From: the human T2T-CHM13v2.0 reference genome, Homo sapiens
DNA: 64,000 nucleotides
NCBI RefSeq assembly: GCF_009914755.1
Contig: NC_060935.1
Reading direction: 5' to 3' (one strand)
Shown: positions 29,635 through 43,832 of the stretch, piece by piece
Layout of the letters: every line of letters starts with the position of its first letter
Position numbering within the stretch: the first letter of the stretch is position 1
Notes under the pieces: model-generated
Database searches by the model: none
The model's input: only the letters and a program-made list of their open reading frames with translations
What the model was told of the DNA's origin: nothing
Made by a program: the position numbers and the translations under genes

Positions 29635-30630
29635 TAAATAGGTGATGATTAATGCATAATATTCTATCCTATGCTTTAAGTTGTCCATTATTATTGAATA
29701 TTTAGCTTGTTTTATTCTCTTTAATAATGTCAGTAATGTATCTTTTTTCATGTTTATGACTATTTGACATATTTAAATTTCAAAAGTGAAAATACATAAG
29801 CAAAACATACTAAGAGCTTTATGACTATTTATTGCCAAATGACTTTTCAAAAATAATGGTTTAATACCATTTCTACAAACACATTTTTAATCCAGTTCAT
29901 TTGCTGAATATTATTTACTATTCTTTATTTTCTAATTCCAAGTTTACATTATTGTGTTCATCCTTTAAATTATTTTTATAAAAGCGATATTTTACCTAAA
30001 TTAAAAAGCCAGTGTGATTACCCAGAATTAGATGACCTCATTGATGAATCAACAAGTATCAAAAATGGAAACATATCTTCTAATTGAAAGCATATTCCTC
30101 TATTTACATGCCTTTGAGATTTGCCAGCTCTTGTGGCTTGGTTTTGTTTTTATTCAGACACGGAGAGATTTGTTCTGAACTAAATCAATAAATAGCAACT
30201 AAATTAAGTTGCTAACTGCATGTACTGCAGTATGTCCCCATGGAACTGAGACCTGTTTTAATTTTAGACATATACAACAATGTCAAGTTTTCTGCAATTA
30301 GCTATGTGTCTTGAGACTTAACTACCCTTGTATTGTTCATACCCAGTTGGTATACACATGAAGGAAAACTGAGAACAAATTAGAAAGTACAGCTTCATTG
30401 GCTGTTTTTCCTTTGAATGATAAAATGAGAATGCTACACACAGATTTGCACTTAATAATCTCAAGAAGCGACACATTTTCAACAACCTTCAGAGACTCCA
30501 AATTATAGTAGCATTATCATTGGTTTCTTCATTATAGCGCAGAGGTATTTTAAATACCAGGCAAACCTATTCTAGTTTTTCTATTGGAAAAGGAACATCA
30601 CTAAACTTTCCTAAAGTTACAATGGTGGTC

Positions 30631-30659
30631 TGTGTGTGTGTGTGTGTGAGTGTGTGTGT
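30631..30659. repeat. (TG)n microsatellite
   Basis: Directly visible. Confidence 0.9.
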
Positions 30660-30919
30660 AAAAGATACTTTAAAATTTAAGAGAATTAAAAATCCTAGAA
30701 TGTATGCATTAGAAATACAGAAAGGCATTAATTGGGCCACCCTTTGTCCTGATTCAATTTACTAAATTTTCCTCTGAAACATTCAAATTTAAATCCAGAT
30801 TTATTTGTTAGCACATTTTCTTTAGTGAACCTAGCAATCAACTAATCAATCAACAAAATTAAAAATCAAATAAAAGCATTAGCATTAATATCTTCATCCT
30901 TAACGTCATCAAAGAAGTT

Positions 30920-31365
30920 ATGAACATAGTAATTAGGCATTAGAAAAATAACTTTTAAATGTTGGCTTTACTACTTAATGTTGAAGGCAAGAGACAGACA
31001 TCAAGAAACTATGTTTCCAGTGCTTTAACTTCTTTTTCTGAAGAATGAAAATACAGTCGCTGTCAAATTAGAAAAACTAATTTAAAACACTGTGCAGTAC
31101 CTAATACTAAATCAATTCTCATCAAATCTTATTACTATCAGTATTTGAGTAGGATTATAATTTTGCTGTTTGTACTAATATATCATCTCCTCAAATTCTC
31201 AGGGCTTTCCTTTGGTTAGCATGAAAAAAGGTTTTTGTCCCACTTTAGAAATGAAGAAATGGAGCCTAAGAACGGTTATGACTCCTTTACCCAAGTTGAC
31301 ATTTTTATTGGTTGTCAAAACCCAGAGCATCAAACTCCTAATCCAGTACTACTTTCACTATAATA
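30920..31365. mobile_element. Two degraded MIRs in opposite orientation (+ about 30920-31140, - about 31180-31365)
   Basis: cactgtgcagtacctaatac...aaatcttattactat; cccactttagaaatgaagaaatggagcctaagaacggttatgact. Confidence 0.55.
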
Positions 31366-31849
31366 CACAGATTTGAATACTATGTTGAATATGTTTAAGT
31401 TTTATTAACTCTCTTGCTGTGTTTCACTGATGATAGTCTCCCTTTTACAAAAATTAGGCCTTTTTTAGAACTGTGTCTAGGGAGTCATAACACTCTGGAT
31501 GTATTACTCCAGCCTACACACGTCTAATTTTCCTACAAATCAGTATAACATCCCTTGAACTTTATCTCTTCTCTAATTATTTTCTTTGCTGCAATTTTGT
31601 CTCCACAACTTGACTTTAATTCTCTTGAAGATGGACCAGGTTGAACACATTGTTATAAATCTTTAATAAACATTCTGTATTTATTTATTTACTATCTTTT
31701 TATAGCTCCAAGGAAACAAACAAACAAAAAAAAAACTTTTCTGTAGTCAGTTAATTTTTATTGCAATTTCTCTTACAGTCCGATTTAAAGAAAGGGACAG
31801 TGAAATTTAACCATTAATTCCTAGTCACGCCTTTTTTCTTTTTAGGTTT

Positions 31850-32110
31850 CAACTTAAATGCCACCTCCACAGAGTGGCTTTCCTATTAACATTAACTAAA
31901 GTTTTCATCTCAAAAATTACATCCATGTTATGTCTATCTGACAGCTATCTTTGTTTCCTTTATAACACTTTATTCCACATACCATCATTTCCTTGTTTAT
32001 GTGTCTGTTTTGTTTACTAGAATGGAATATCTAAGAGGGCAGAACATACAATTATGTATACGGTTGAATCCCAAATAATCATAACTAAATAAGTGTTTCT
32101 AGAATAAATT
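31850..32110 (+). mobile_element. L2 3' fragment
   Basis: caacttaaatgccacctccacagagtggctttcc...tactagaatggaatatctaagagggcagaa. Confidence 0.65.
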
Positions 32111-32137
32111 TATCAATGTGATTAAAAAGGAAGTCCT

Positions 32138-34832
32138 TGTATTGCTCTGTTTGTGATACTATAAAGGAATACCTGAGACTGGCTAATATACAAAGAAAAT
32201 AAGTTTACTTGACTCATGGTTCTGCAGTCTTTACAGGAAGCATGGTACCAGCATGTGCTTCTGGTGACACCTCACAAAGATTACACTCTTTATGAAAGGT
32301 GACAGGGAGCAAGAATGTCACATGGCAAGAGCAGGAGCAAGGTTGGGGGATGTACTACACAGTTTTCAACAACCAGGTCTCATGAGAATTTACTCACTAT
32401 CATAAGAACAGCACCAAGCTATTCATGAGTGTTTTACCCCCAATAATCCAAACACTTCTCACCAGGCCCCACTTCCTAAATTGAGGATTACACTTTTACA
32501 TGAAATGTGGAGGGGACAAATATTCAAACAATATCATTCCACTCCTTTCAAATAATCCCCCAAAGTCTTAAAGCATTACAGCATCAACTAAATTTAAAGT
32601 CTCAAGTTCCAATTCCCAAGTCTAAAGCCTCCTCTGTAGATGAGTTCCTTCCAAGCCTGTGTAATAAAAATCAAGTTATTACTTCCAAGATACAATGGGG
32701 TTATAGGCATTTGGTAAACATTCTCATTCCAAAAGGGAGAAATTGGCCAAAATAAAGGGGCTGCAGACCCGATGCAAGTCTGAAACCCAGCAGAGTAGTC
32801 ATTAAATCTTAAAGCTCCAAGAAATCTCCTTTGGCTCCAAGTCCCACATTGCAACCACTGGTGCAAGGGGTGGGTTCCCAAGGTCTTGGACAGCTCCAAC
32901 CCTGTGGCTGTGCAGGGTGTATACCCTGTGGCTCCTTTCATGAGTTGGAGTTGGGTGTCTGTGCCATTTCCATATTCAAATTGCAGGCTTCCATTGGCTC
33001 TACCATTCTTGGGTCTGGAAATAGCAGCATTCCCATAGGTCCACTAGGCAGTACCATGGTGACAATTCTATGTGGGCGTTCCAGCCCTGCATTCCCCCTC
33101 CATGATGCCCTAATAGAGGTTCTTTGAAAGGCCTCTACCCCTGCAGGAGATTTCTTCCTGGGCACTCAGGCTTTCTCATAGATCCTCTGAAATCTAGGGA
33201 TAAGCTGCCAAGCCTCCTTCATTCTTACATCTAAACACCTGCAAGATTAACATCACATTGAAGCCACCAATGCTTACAGCTTCTACCCTTTTAAGCAGCA
33301 GCTCAAAACGTATTTAAGCCTCTTTGAGCTGAGGTTGGAGAGACCTGGATACAAGTAGCATCCTCCTGCAGTGGTGCTGGGAAGCAAGGCCTGCCCCCTA
33401 AACCATTCTTTTCTCCTATACCTCTGGGTCTGTTTTAGGAGAGATTGGTTTGTAGATCTGTAAAATGCCTTTTCTCATTGTCCTGTCTATCAGCGTCTGT
33501 CTCTCTATGAAACATATGAATCTCTCTGGCAAGTGGTTGCTCTGCAGCCTGCTTGGATTCCTCTCCCAAAGAAGTTTTTTCTTTCTTTGCCACATGGTGT
33601 ATTAGTTTGCTTTCACTCTGCTATAAGGAACTAGATGAGACTGGATAATTTATGAAGAAAGAAGGTTTAATTGACTAACAGTTCCACAGGCTTAACAGGA
33701 AGCATGATTGGGAGGCCTCAGGAAACTTACAATCATGGTGGAAGGTGAAGGGGAAGCAAGCACCTTCTTCACATAGAGGCAGAAGAGAGAGAGACAGATC
33801 TCATGAGAACTCACTATCATGAGAACAGCAAGGGGGAAATCCACATCAATGATCCAATCACCTCCCACCATGTGGCTCCCCTGACACATGGGGATTACAA
33901 CTCGACATGAGATTTAGGTGGGGACACAGAGCCAAACCATATCACATGACTAGGCTGAAAATTTCCAAACTTTTCTGCTCTGCTTCTCCTTTAAATAGAA
34001 CTTCAATCTTTAAGTCATTGCATTGCTTCCACCTTGAGTTATGTTGTTAGAAGCAGCCAGGTCACTTCTTGAATTCTTTACTGCTTAGACATGTCTTCTG
34101 CCATGTACTTTAAATTCAAACTTCCACAGTTCCCTAGGGCATGAACACAGTACAACTGTTTTTTGCTAAGGTATAACAAGGGTAACATTTGCTCCAGTCC
34201 CCAATAAGTTCTGTATTTCCATCTGAGACCTTGTCAGCCTGACCTTCACTGTATATATTTCTATCAGCATTTTGGTTACAACCAATTAACAGTCTCTAAG
34301 AAGTTCCAAACTTTCCCTCATCTTTCTGTCTTCTTGTAAGGCCTTTAAGCTCTTCTAACCTCTGCCCATTACCCAGTTCCAAAGTTGCTTCCACATTGTT
34401 GGGTAGCTTTATAGCAACATCCCACTCCTGGTACCAATTTTTTATGTTAGTCCATTTGTACACTTTAAAGAAATACCTGAGACTGGGTAATTTATAAAGA
34501 AAAGAAGTTTAATTGGACCACTGTTCTGCAGGTTTTAGAGGAAGCATGGTGCTAGTATCTGCTTCAGATGAGACTTCAGGGAGGTTAAAATCATGGTGGA
34601 AGTTAACAGGGAGCCAGAATGGTGAGAGTGAGAGCAAGAGAGTGAAATGGAAGTGCCACACACTTTTAAACAACCAGGTCTCATGAGAATTTACTATCGT
34701 GAGGACAGCACCAAGCTATTTGTTGGTGATCTGCTCCCATCATCCAACACTCCCACCAGGCCTCACCTCCAACATTGGGGATTGCATATCAACATGAGGT
34801 GTTTGGAGGAGACACATATCCAAGCCATATTA
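32138..34832 (-). mobile_element. Full-length MSTB-type MaLR provirus (LTR 32138-32537, internal, LTR about 34443-34832)
   Basis: Two related LTRs (tacctgagactgg...caaaccatatca-type) flank MST-int sequence; PBS-side ggtaccaattt next to the right-hand LTR. Confidence 0.92.
33598..33944 (-). mobile_element. MSTA/THE1D-type solo LTR nested in MST-int
   Basis: tgtattagt...gagccaaaccatatca; 5-bp TSD catgg/catga (33593-33597, 33945-33949). Confidence 0.92.
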
Positions 34833-35090
34833 ACCCTGAAAATACACACCAACAATATTTAATGAAAATATCTATGAGTCTAGAATCCTTCAACTAGTTC
34901 TTTAGCCTTTGACTATATTTCTGTTTAGATGTAACTCCTGTCTGCATGTGTTTCCATTTTATTAGAGAGAAGTATTCATGACTCAAGGCCAAGGCTGATA
35001 TTCAGTTGTATGTGCTAATATGGCCAAATTCTTTTTTAAAATACTAAAAACTGGGGTAAATAACTGTATCCCTGAAGTTCATATGTTGTC

Positions 35091-35120
35091 CACACAAACA
35101 CACATGCACGTTCACACGCA

Positions 35121-35156
<36 letters not shown>
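35091..35156. repeat. (CA)n microsatellite
   Basis: Directly visible; pure in the 3' half. Confidence 0.95.
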
Positions 35157-35161
<5 letters not shown>

Positions 35162-36237
35162 TCTTGTGATCCAGTAAATAACCAATGAATATCTAGCAAA
35201 TGAGAGGATGTTTAGAAACCAGTAGTCAATTTTACCACAGGTGAAGGTCTAAATTTTATGACTTAAGTTATTACAGAAGATAAATAGTGTTCCTGGCAAG
35301 GCCATTTGATTACAGTGTTGTGGCCTGAATATTACCATAAACAATGGAGTTAGGAACTCTAGCACTGAGATTCCAAATTGAATGCAATACATTTTGGACC
35401 TAAAGTGATTTAGGATTTTTGAATGTTTCTGTTTCTAATGCCAGGAATATTTGGATTAAATATGCTAGAGAAATAAAAACAAAAGAATTTCTCTGATTAC
35501 AAACACTATACAGTATAGTAGTGTACAATGAACTACTTACACTTTTTAAAATATGTTTTGCATTACTTAGAAATTAGATAAGTTGAAAGTAAAATTTTGT
35601 AAGAAAATTTGGAGATGTTAGTTAAGTACAGGCAGGCTCAGGAGTGTGTGGCATCTGTTAGCTAAGTCAATAAAATGAAGTAGAAAAAATAAGTAAAATA
35701 AATAGTAAAGAGAAGAAAAATATATAAATTGAGGGAATACAGTATGAAAAGTTTTAAAAGAGAAAAGTAGGGATAATAGGTCTGATTAAAAGCACAAAAA
35801 TGGTGCTCAATTTGATTTTCAAATATTTCTTGATGGCATCGTATTAGAAATCTCTCATAGAATTTTTATCAATTGAAAGAGTCACTCTAAAACTCCTAAA
35901 TTTGACTCTACTAACATTTCCTTTGAAAGGTTTAAATACTCTTTCTGGTAACTTTTGTGCATATATTTCTTTTTCTTTTCATTGTTATACTCTTTTTAAA
36001 ACAACTTTAGTGTCAGTTTTGAAGTTGAATTCTAAATTATATATTATTACTATTATTTTGATTTTTGTTTTAAATTTTTCTAGCTGTCACAATGAACCTG
36101 TAAATTTCTCAAGTTTAGGGGCTCTTTTGAGAATTTAATGTTTTTCCCATAGGAAAACAAAATTAATTTGTCCTGGTTGTTGATAAAAGCACTTAAGTTA
36201 AATATGAGTGCAGCCAGTTTTTTTCACTTCTCATTTT

Positions 36238-36738
36238 TTCTTATTCTTTTTTTTATTTTGCTTTAAATTCTGGGATACATGTACAGAACATGCAGGTTTG
36301 TTATGTAAGTATACATGTGCCATGGTGGTTTGCTGCATCCATCAACCAGTCATCTAGGTTTTAATCTTCACATGCATTAGCTTTTGTCCTAATGCTCTCC
36401 CTCCCCTTGCTCCCCACTCCCAGACAGATCCCAGTGTGTGATGTTCCCCTCCCTGTGTCCATGTGTTCCCATTGTTCAACTTCCACTTTTGAATGAGAAC
36501 GTGCAGTGTTTCGTTTTCTGTTCCTGTGTTAGTTTGCTGAGAATGATGGTTTCCAGTTCATCCATGTCCCTGCAAAGGACATGAACTCATCCTTTTTTAT
36601 GGCTTCATAGTATTCCGTGGTGTATATGTGCCACATTTTCTTTATCCAGTCTATCATTGATGGGCATTTGGGTTGGTTCCAAGTCTTTGCTATTGAAAAT
36701 AGTGCTGCAATAAACATATATGTGCATGTGTCTTTATT
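36238..36738 (-). mobile_element. L1PA8-like 3' end, 5'-truncated
   Basis: 3' UTR with catctaggttttaa...catgcattag; TSD acttctcatttt at 36226-36237 and 36739-36750. Confidence 0.96.
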
Positions 36739-39700
36739 ACTTCTCATTTTCAAACTTTATCTAATAATAAAATATTACTTGCAGTTAATATTTAGTTGGC
36801 AAACTATTTAATAATAAATCCTTAATAAATACTTTAATAATAAATTCCTTAAAAATTTGAATATTCTAAGTATGTTTTCCCAAATCTCACAATCGTATTT
36901 CAAAGCTCAAATATCATTGATATATTTTTCATTGATATAATTTTCAACTATTATTGATATCATGGATATAGATAACACTGTATGTATGGCAGATTACATG
37001 AAAAACCTTATGTTTCTGAAAGATAAATTTGCTGTTGACTTTGAGAAACATTGTCTTTTAGGAAATATGTCCTTGTTAGTGACCACTTTATTTTAATTAC
37101 CATGAAAATATTAAAGTTAATTCAGATTTCCATTTATCTTTCAGATAGCAGAACATATTTTCACTCCCACATCCTATCATTACTTTTTCTAACTTAATAT
37201 GTGTATAGATAAGTGTATGTGTAATTCATATTTCTTAAGGAGATTGCAAATATGTAATCTATGTAAAACAATTAAAACAGCCAGTTTGAGATTCATCTTA
37301 GTCCTTCAAGGTAAATATATAATTCTTTAAAGTACATAAATGCTGAAATATCAATTTTATGTATAGTTAATCCAAGGACCTGAGATGTTGTTTGGGAAGT
37401 CAGTGGAAATATTAAATGCAAAAAACTTATGAAGTTTTTAATTCCATTCTTCCTTACCATTTCAAGGTGATGCAGATTCTTTCTCTCACATCAGTGATTC
37501 CAAACCTAGAATGTTGAGAAGTTAGAACAGGTAATAAGCAGTGATGTCTAACCAATAATAGTGGCAGCCAATGGATGTTGACACAAATAGGTACTGTGAG
37601 GCCAGGAGAGGGTCACCACTTAGCTTTTTCTTTTATTGCTCTAATTTCACATTTAAATGCCCTTAAGGACATTTTTACCCATGGAACTCTGGCAATTTTA
37701 TTTATAGCATTTAAAACATTTTGCAGTAAGTATGTCTTTCTATTAATCAACCGTTGTTTTTCTTTTCCAGAGGATCTGTGAAAAATACTGGTGCTAATTA
37801 CTTGCAATTTCACATCAATTAACTAATTTCTAGCCCAACAGGACATCTCCTGTCATAAAAGTGCCAAGAGTATCTTCTAATATCCTTGACCTAACTGGCT
37901 GTTCTTGGGATATAATTACATATAATATATTTTAAAAATCTATTCATGTACTTATGCTCAATGCATAAAATTCAATGAAACATTTCATAATGCTACTAAC
38001 AGGTATATACATTACCCCAGAAAGTGTTACTAGATAATTAAAAAGATGATATTGTTAGAAAGTAAAATGTATGAAATTACCTTAGAACCACTCAAACTTA
38101 GAGAATGGAATAAAGAACCAACATAAAGGTCACTGATTTTTCCTAATATTCTTAGAGTATTTTTCAAGAAATTATCTAATTTGTATAATAGTCAAAGAGA
38201 TGGAGAAATAACAATATCAAAAAAGCTCACACATATGACATTAAACATTTGTACCTTAAAAATGCTTCTGACTTGGTTAACATTTGGGACACTGATTGTG
38301 GTAAACCTAATTCAACCTCATGTAAAGTTAACCATGGTAATCAATGGTCAAAGCTTATGGTACAACATTATACTCAAGCATAGAAAATAAGGCAAATAAT
38401 AAAAGAATACAAATTTATTAAGATATTTTAATTTGGATTTATAGAATACTTATTTGGCATGTGAAATTTTGGAAAAAATATACAGATTACTCATTATTGT
38501 ATTTTATGATACAGCATAACTCTAAATTCTTTATAACATACCTTTAAAAGTTATAATTAATTTGTCACTGAAAGTATTAAATACATAAATATGTGTAGTT
38601 ACCACCCCTCAATAACTCTCTAGAACCTTAAAACTGATGCAAATGACTTTTTACAAGGTTTACAAAGGTCTTACTCATAGACAAGGACTTACAATTTATA
38701 TGAACACTGAATGTTTTTAGACACTGAAAAATATGTTCTCCCAGAAACTATGAATTCTTGTGGTGGGGAAAAATAGTGTTTATCTACTCTATCTCCCTTG
38801 AAAGTAATCCAAAAAAATAATCCTACTTGGCAGCAAAAGGGCTTTATGAGATCTGTGCTTTAAACCAATAAGGCAAATTCCCCCAGAGCATCCTTCAATT
38901 CCACCTCCAATCCTACAGTGGGGATTAATGTCCTTATCCTCTGATAGACAGATATACCTTTCAGGATGTGGAGACAACATTTAATAAACAGGATCCGTGC
39001 AATTGGCTGGAGCTAACATATACTGTCAATTTCTATAGTGAAGAAGAACCGTATGTTTGTAATTTCCTTATAATAAGAGGTTTGTTAAGCATATTATAGT
39101 GGATTTACTCTCTCTGTTTATATTTTATGCACCCAGGGGCTGGATTGTATACAGTACCCATAGTTTCACTAGAATGATCTTCATTTAGAGAAACACAAGT
39201 TTAAATAAAAAGTAGTGTGATATTAGAGCTATGTATATTTCTGCACTATGGAGGTGGTAGACACTGAGTACCTTCTGGGACAGTCAGAGTGGTTCTTCAG
39301 CCATACAGAGGCCTTCAACTAGAAAATCTAACATATGTGGTTTGAAATTTGGAGATCGTGAAAGTGACTCCTTTAATAACAATGCCTGAGCTAATGAAAG
39401 TGAAGAATACTTCTAAGATGATGCTATGCAATAAGAAACTAGGTGGAATGTCTTGCAAATTACTGAAAGGCTAACAGCACAGATTTCCCTTTATGTCAGC
39501 GATGTCATTCATTGTTATACAGAAATGTAGATGAGAATACCTAATGGCAGTTTATTCTGTCTTGATTGAAGGCAATGAGCTCATTGGTCAGAACCCTACT
39601 GTTTGTCCTTTTTGTTTAATAACAATTGAAATTCTGGTTTTGTTCCAGATGCTGGGCTAAGTGCGGAGTCATACTCAGTTGCTCTAGATTCATCCCGTTT

Positions 39701-40099
39701 GGTGTTGGAGACAAAATATAAATAATCATATCAACAATAAAAACATAATTATCTTTACTTAGCATGTATAGAGCACATCTATTGTGCTGACATTAAAGCT
39801 TCACATGAATATTTTCTTAGTCTTCATAGCGACTCATTTAAGTGAAGACAAAATAAATGGACAAAAAAATTGAGGATTTTTGATAGGTTTCAATTATGAA
39901 ACAGTTTTTACTTCTTAAATAAATTTGAACTAACATTTAACAAACACAAGGCAAATCCATTTTCTTCAGCTATGTTTTAGTAAATTTACTGCACAGAAAT
40001 ATGACCAAAATTCAGGGATTGAAGTAAAATAATGCTCACTTCACCTTGACAAAATGTGTTAGCTTGTGCTACAGTTATGTGATATAGTTGGGTAAAAGG

Positions 40100-40500
40100 T
40101 ACTAATAGAGTAGAAATAAAGGGTGAGGTACAAATTCCTGAAATACTAAGAAGGTGCAATTAGAATGATTTAGCAATGAACTAGAGAAGAGAGAGGGAAA
40201 ACTCCAAGATGAATCTCAAGTGATGGTCTTGCCATAGACAAAGCAATAAAATACAGAAAAAAAAAATGATAAACAGCAAGAGAGCGAAAAAGATGAACTC
40301 ACTTTTGAAGATGTTGAAAATCAAGTGTCAGGAGCTGGTATATAGTTGCCCCTCAAAAATAGTTGTTGAAAAAATAGCAAACTAATTGACCCTGCCGGGA
40401 ATTCAAGGTATGACTCTTGACTTTGAAGGTGAAGTAAGGTGAGGGGAAAGGGAATTATATATGGGGCAGTTACATCTAAACAAGTGATGAGAGCAAATAA
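40100..40500 (-). mobile_element. Degraded L2
   Basis: gaatgatttagcaatgaactaga...ccaagatgaatctcaag...gatgaactcacttttgaagatgttga. Confidence 0.55.
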
Positions 40501-40511
40501 GTAGTAAATAT

Positions 40512-41004
40512 TTGTCATTTGGGCTTACTCAACATTTATCTACTTTTCTTATTTGGAGGATATCCCATCATATAAAATCGTGAAGGGACATAGTAACATA
40601 ACTCTATTCAAAAAGTAAAGTAGAAAGATCCTCCCATTGTCTATCTTCTGGAGACACCTGGCCAAAATTGAATTACTTGAATTGTCCTACATTAGATTTT
40701 ATTTATGGAATATTTTTTATTACTGAATTAGTGACACAATAGTGAAGATTTGATTTCTGTAACTACAGGAGTGTACAGAGATGCCTTGTACTGCAGCATC
40801 CTGATCACCTGGTTGTTTTTGAAAAGCTATCATTATACCACCTAAGCTTTGGACATGCCCTAGAACTGCCTCCGTTCCTGTTCATTTTCCAAATAGGTTA
40901 TCTAGACTCTGCTGGATTCCATGAGCTCTTGAGATGCAAAAAACTGCTTTTATTCTTAAAATAGCTCATTTCCTTTTTCTTGCAAGCAAGAACCTTGACT
41001 GACA
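40512..41004 (+). mobile_element. Old ERVL-type solo LTR (LTR33/LTR16-like)
   Basis: TG...CA termini; 3' end cttgcaagcaagaaccttgactgaca resembles this group; highly diverged. Confidence 0.45.
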
Positions 41005-43832
41005 TCAGAAGCATACAGAATGAGAGTATCAGCGGGATAAGAACCCTTTGGAAAACTCTACTGACCACAGCCAATTAAAGTGAAATCTCATGAACAAACA
41101 GAACAGCAACTGAGAGCTGAACATAGTCAGACCAAAAATATTTTTGTTGTTTTTGGTTTGTCTCAGTCCATATGTTAGCAAGAGATAACCCATATGCAAA
41201 TGGGTCAGACTACTTTATTGGTCTTGAACTAGGATAAGCATAATTGTACATGTACATATATACATACATAAGTGCATATATGTCCACCAATAAGAAGTGC
41301 AATGTCAGATGTGTTAGACTTGTCTTACTATACATATACACAAAAATATCTTTACAATGAATACCTAAATTCAAGTTGCCTTCCCTTTATGCTTCTCCCT
41401 AGACCCTGTTTTTCTCTTCCTTGGAATAAATGCAGGTTTCTTATTATTCTGATTCTTTACAAGCCTCATAAAAGCTTTATTACAAATCAAATTTAAATAC
41501 CAACAAACAAAATGGCTGTTAATTGAAAAATGACAATAATTTCTCAATCATATCTTTCAGCATAAAGCATGCTAAACCATGGTCCTGACTCCTGAATATT
41601 AGAATCAATTATTTTCCTCCTAAGATTAAATAGAAATGATTAGACATCAGGAAGAATTCTAATTTTCCTTCAAATGTTATTCAAAATATGTTTCTTCTTA
41701 TTAACCACATCTCCAGCTATCTAGGTGTAAAATTAGCTTCCTTGAAATGTAAAATTTCATCGCGAATATAAAATAATAAAAAATGGGTTGACACTTTTAC
41801 CTGGGAGAATCCATCATCTGACTGTTAATAAAGATTAAATTGTGGCTTGGAAATGTTAGGGTGTCTCCTCAAGATCTTGTTTCTCCTATGGCTAAGATGA
41901 TCATTCTTTTGAGCCTTAATTATAGGACTGATATCTATATCAACTCATCTATTCCTAACAACCCTGATCACATAGCTGTAAACATAAAAAGCTTGCCCAG
42001 GCAATGAGCATGAAGCAAGAACAAGCACAGATCAGTGGACAGATAATCAGGACACAGAGGAAAACTGAGAGGCAACAATAAAGCTCTATGAGATAACTCA
42101 GTGGGAAATAGTGACTCTCAAATTTCCAGTATAATTAGAATGTTTATTTCACCTATACATACACTTTCTTAAGTTAAAAAAACACAAACAAAAAATCTTA
42201 ACTAGAACATAGGCTTAGTACCACCTGAACGAGGAGTCCCTGCCCTTTCAGGGACAAGACTTTGGCTTTGTTTTGGTTGTCTTCTACCGTGGTCAAGGAG
42301 TCCAAGGAACCACAAGGTTACGGGTACTCAGTGTGCATGCCTGCCTTTCTAGACTATGCTCTGATCACCCAGGTCTGGAATTCTGCCACGTGCTCCAAAT
42401 ACACTTCCAAGTCTGTGAGGTCCTGCTCTGTAGAGCAGATTTCATTGTATATATGGGAAAATTCTAGGACCATGAGGGTGCCAAGTGGAGGCATTTTTCA
42501 GCGGTGGGGTGGTGGTGGGTGGATAGTGTCTGTATTGTGCCTAATAGAGCTGGAAAGGACAGGAGATCCCTCTCCCTGTATTGTCACATTTGATACCCTG
42601 ACAAATCTGAAAATTCAGAATCTGAACTGACTTTTCCTGTTATTAAGTTTATTTGCTTGATGTATAAATTAAATATTTGGACAACGGTATGCAGATCACT
42701 TTTTTAAACCTGCACTGCGCTCCACGAGTTTTATAGGCAGACTTTCAGTAGTGTGCATATGACCAAGTGGTAATTTTAAATCAAGATCCTATCTGTTTAC
42801 TGAATCATGGTGTAGTTATGCTCTGCCATAATCTAATGAGTCAAAATCATTTATTTTGATTTAAACTAATTACCAATTGGTAGGTATTGCTTGATTTAAA
42901 ATGAACTCTGGAGGATGGCAAAGTCTGATCTAGGCTAACTCAAACAGAAATAACGATCCTCTTGAAAATAAATGAAGAAAATTTAAGAAAGAGACTAGAA
43001 AATATCAAGAGAAAGAGAAAAATAAAATATTTACAAATGAGAAGTCATACAGTGAAAGGAACCTCATAAAGCATCATTCTGGGTACCTAGGATGAGTCAC
43101 ATGTCCAGAATGGAAGGTGGGAGATATGAGCGCAAGGTGGGAGAAGGAGGGTAGGACAAAGAAATGCTGGATTTCAAGTAAATAGGGAGGTCTGAATTTT
43201 AATGAGGGAATATAATGTCCCACACCCACACATCACAACATATTTTACATAGTAAATTACCACTATAAAGGAATATTTTTAAAGTTTTTGTTTTGTTCTA
43301 AGAGAGCTTTGATTTTGTAAACTCTCCTTCAGAACAATTTTATAAATTTATAAATTATATGTATAGAAAATTTTGAACCTACTGAGCTCTATGAAGAAAG
43401 TAACCTGTAGTATTTTACAGAAAAAAGTTAGTAGAGAATTACAGTTTTTTTATAGAGAGAGGAAATTATATCACATCTGTATCTTACATTTTACTTATTT
43501 TCTGTCATGTGTCATAAATTTTTTCATATTACTTGATGAATTTATAATAAATATCAAAAATTAATTGAGTAGATGAAGATTTCACAGTTTTTATGTTTTA
43601 TAAAACTTCTGATGAATTGATATTTAGATGATTTATCAAAATTCATGAAAAGGTGAACATATTTGTTCATAAATTTTTAAGTAGGTTTTCTGTTTTATAA
43701 TTTCCTTAGCAAGGATGTCTGAACTTAGCTCCTTTGATTGAATTTTATAAATATTTTAAAGACTCTTTTTACAAAGTCCTAAATGATGTTCCCCAAATTC
43801 CTACCATTTTATGTTCCACACAGTGAATTCTT

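Noticed and set aside
30193-30214. Short inverted repeat TAGCAACT-N6-AGTTGCTA (also a 9-bp stem near 45083-45106 and AATGACATGTCATT near 25222)
   Set aside because: Stems of 7-9 bp are expected by chance at this window size.
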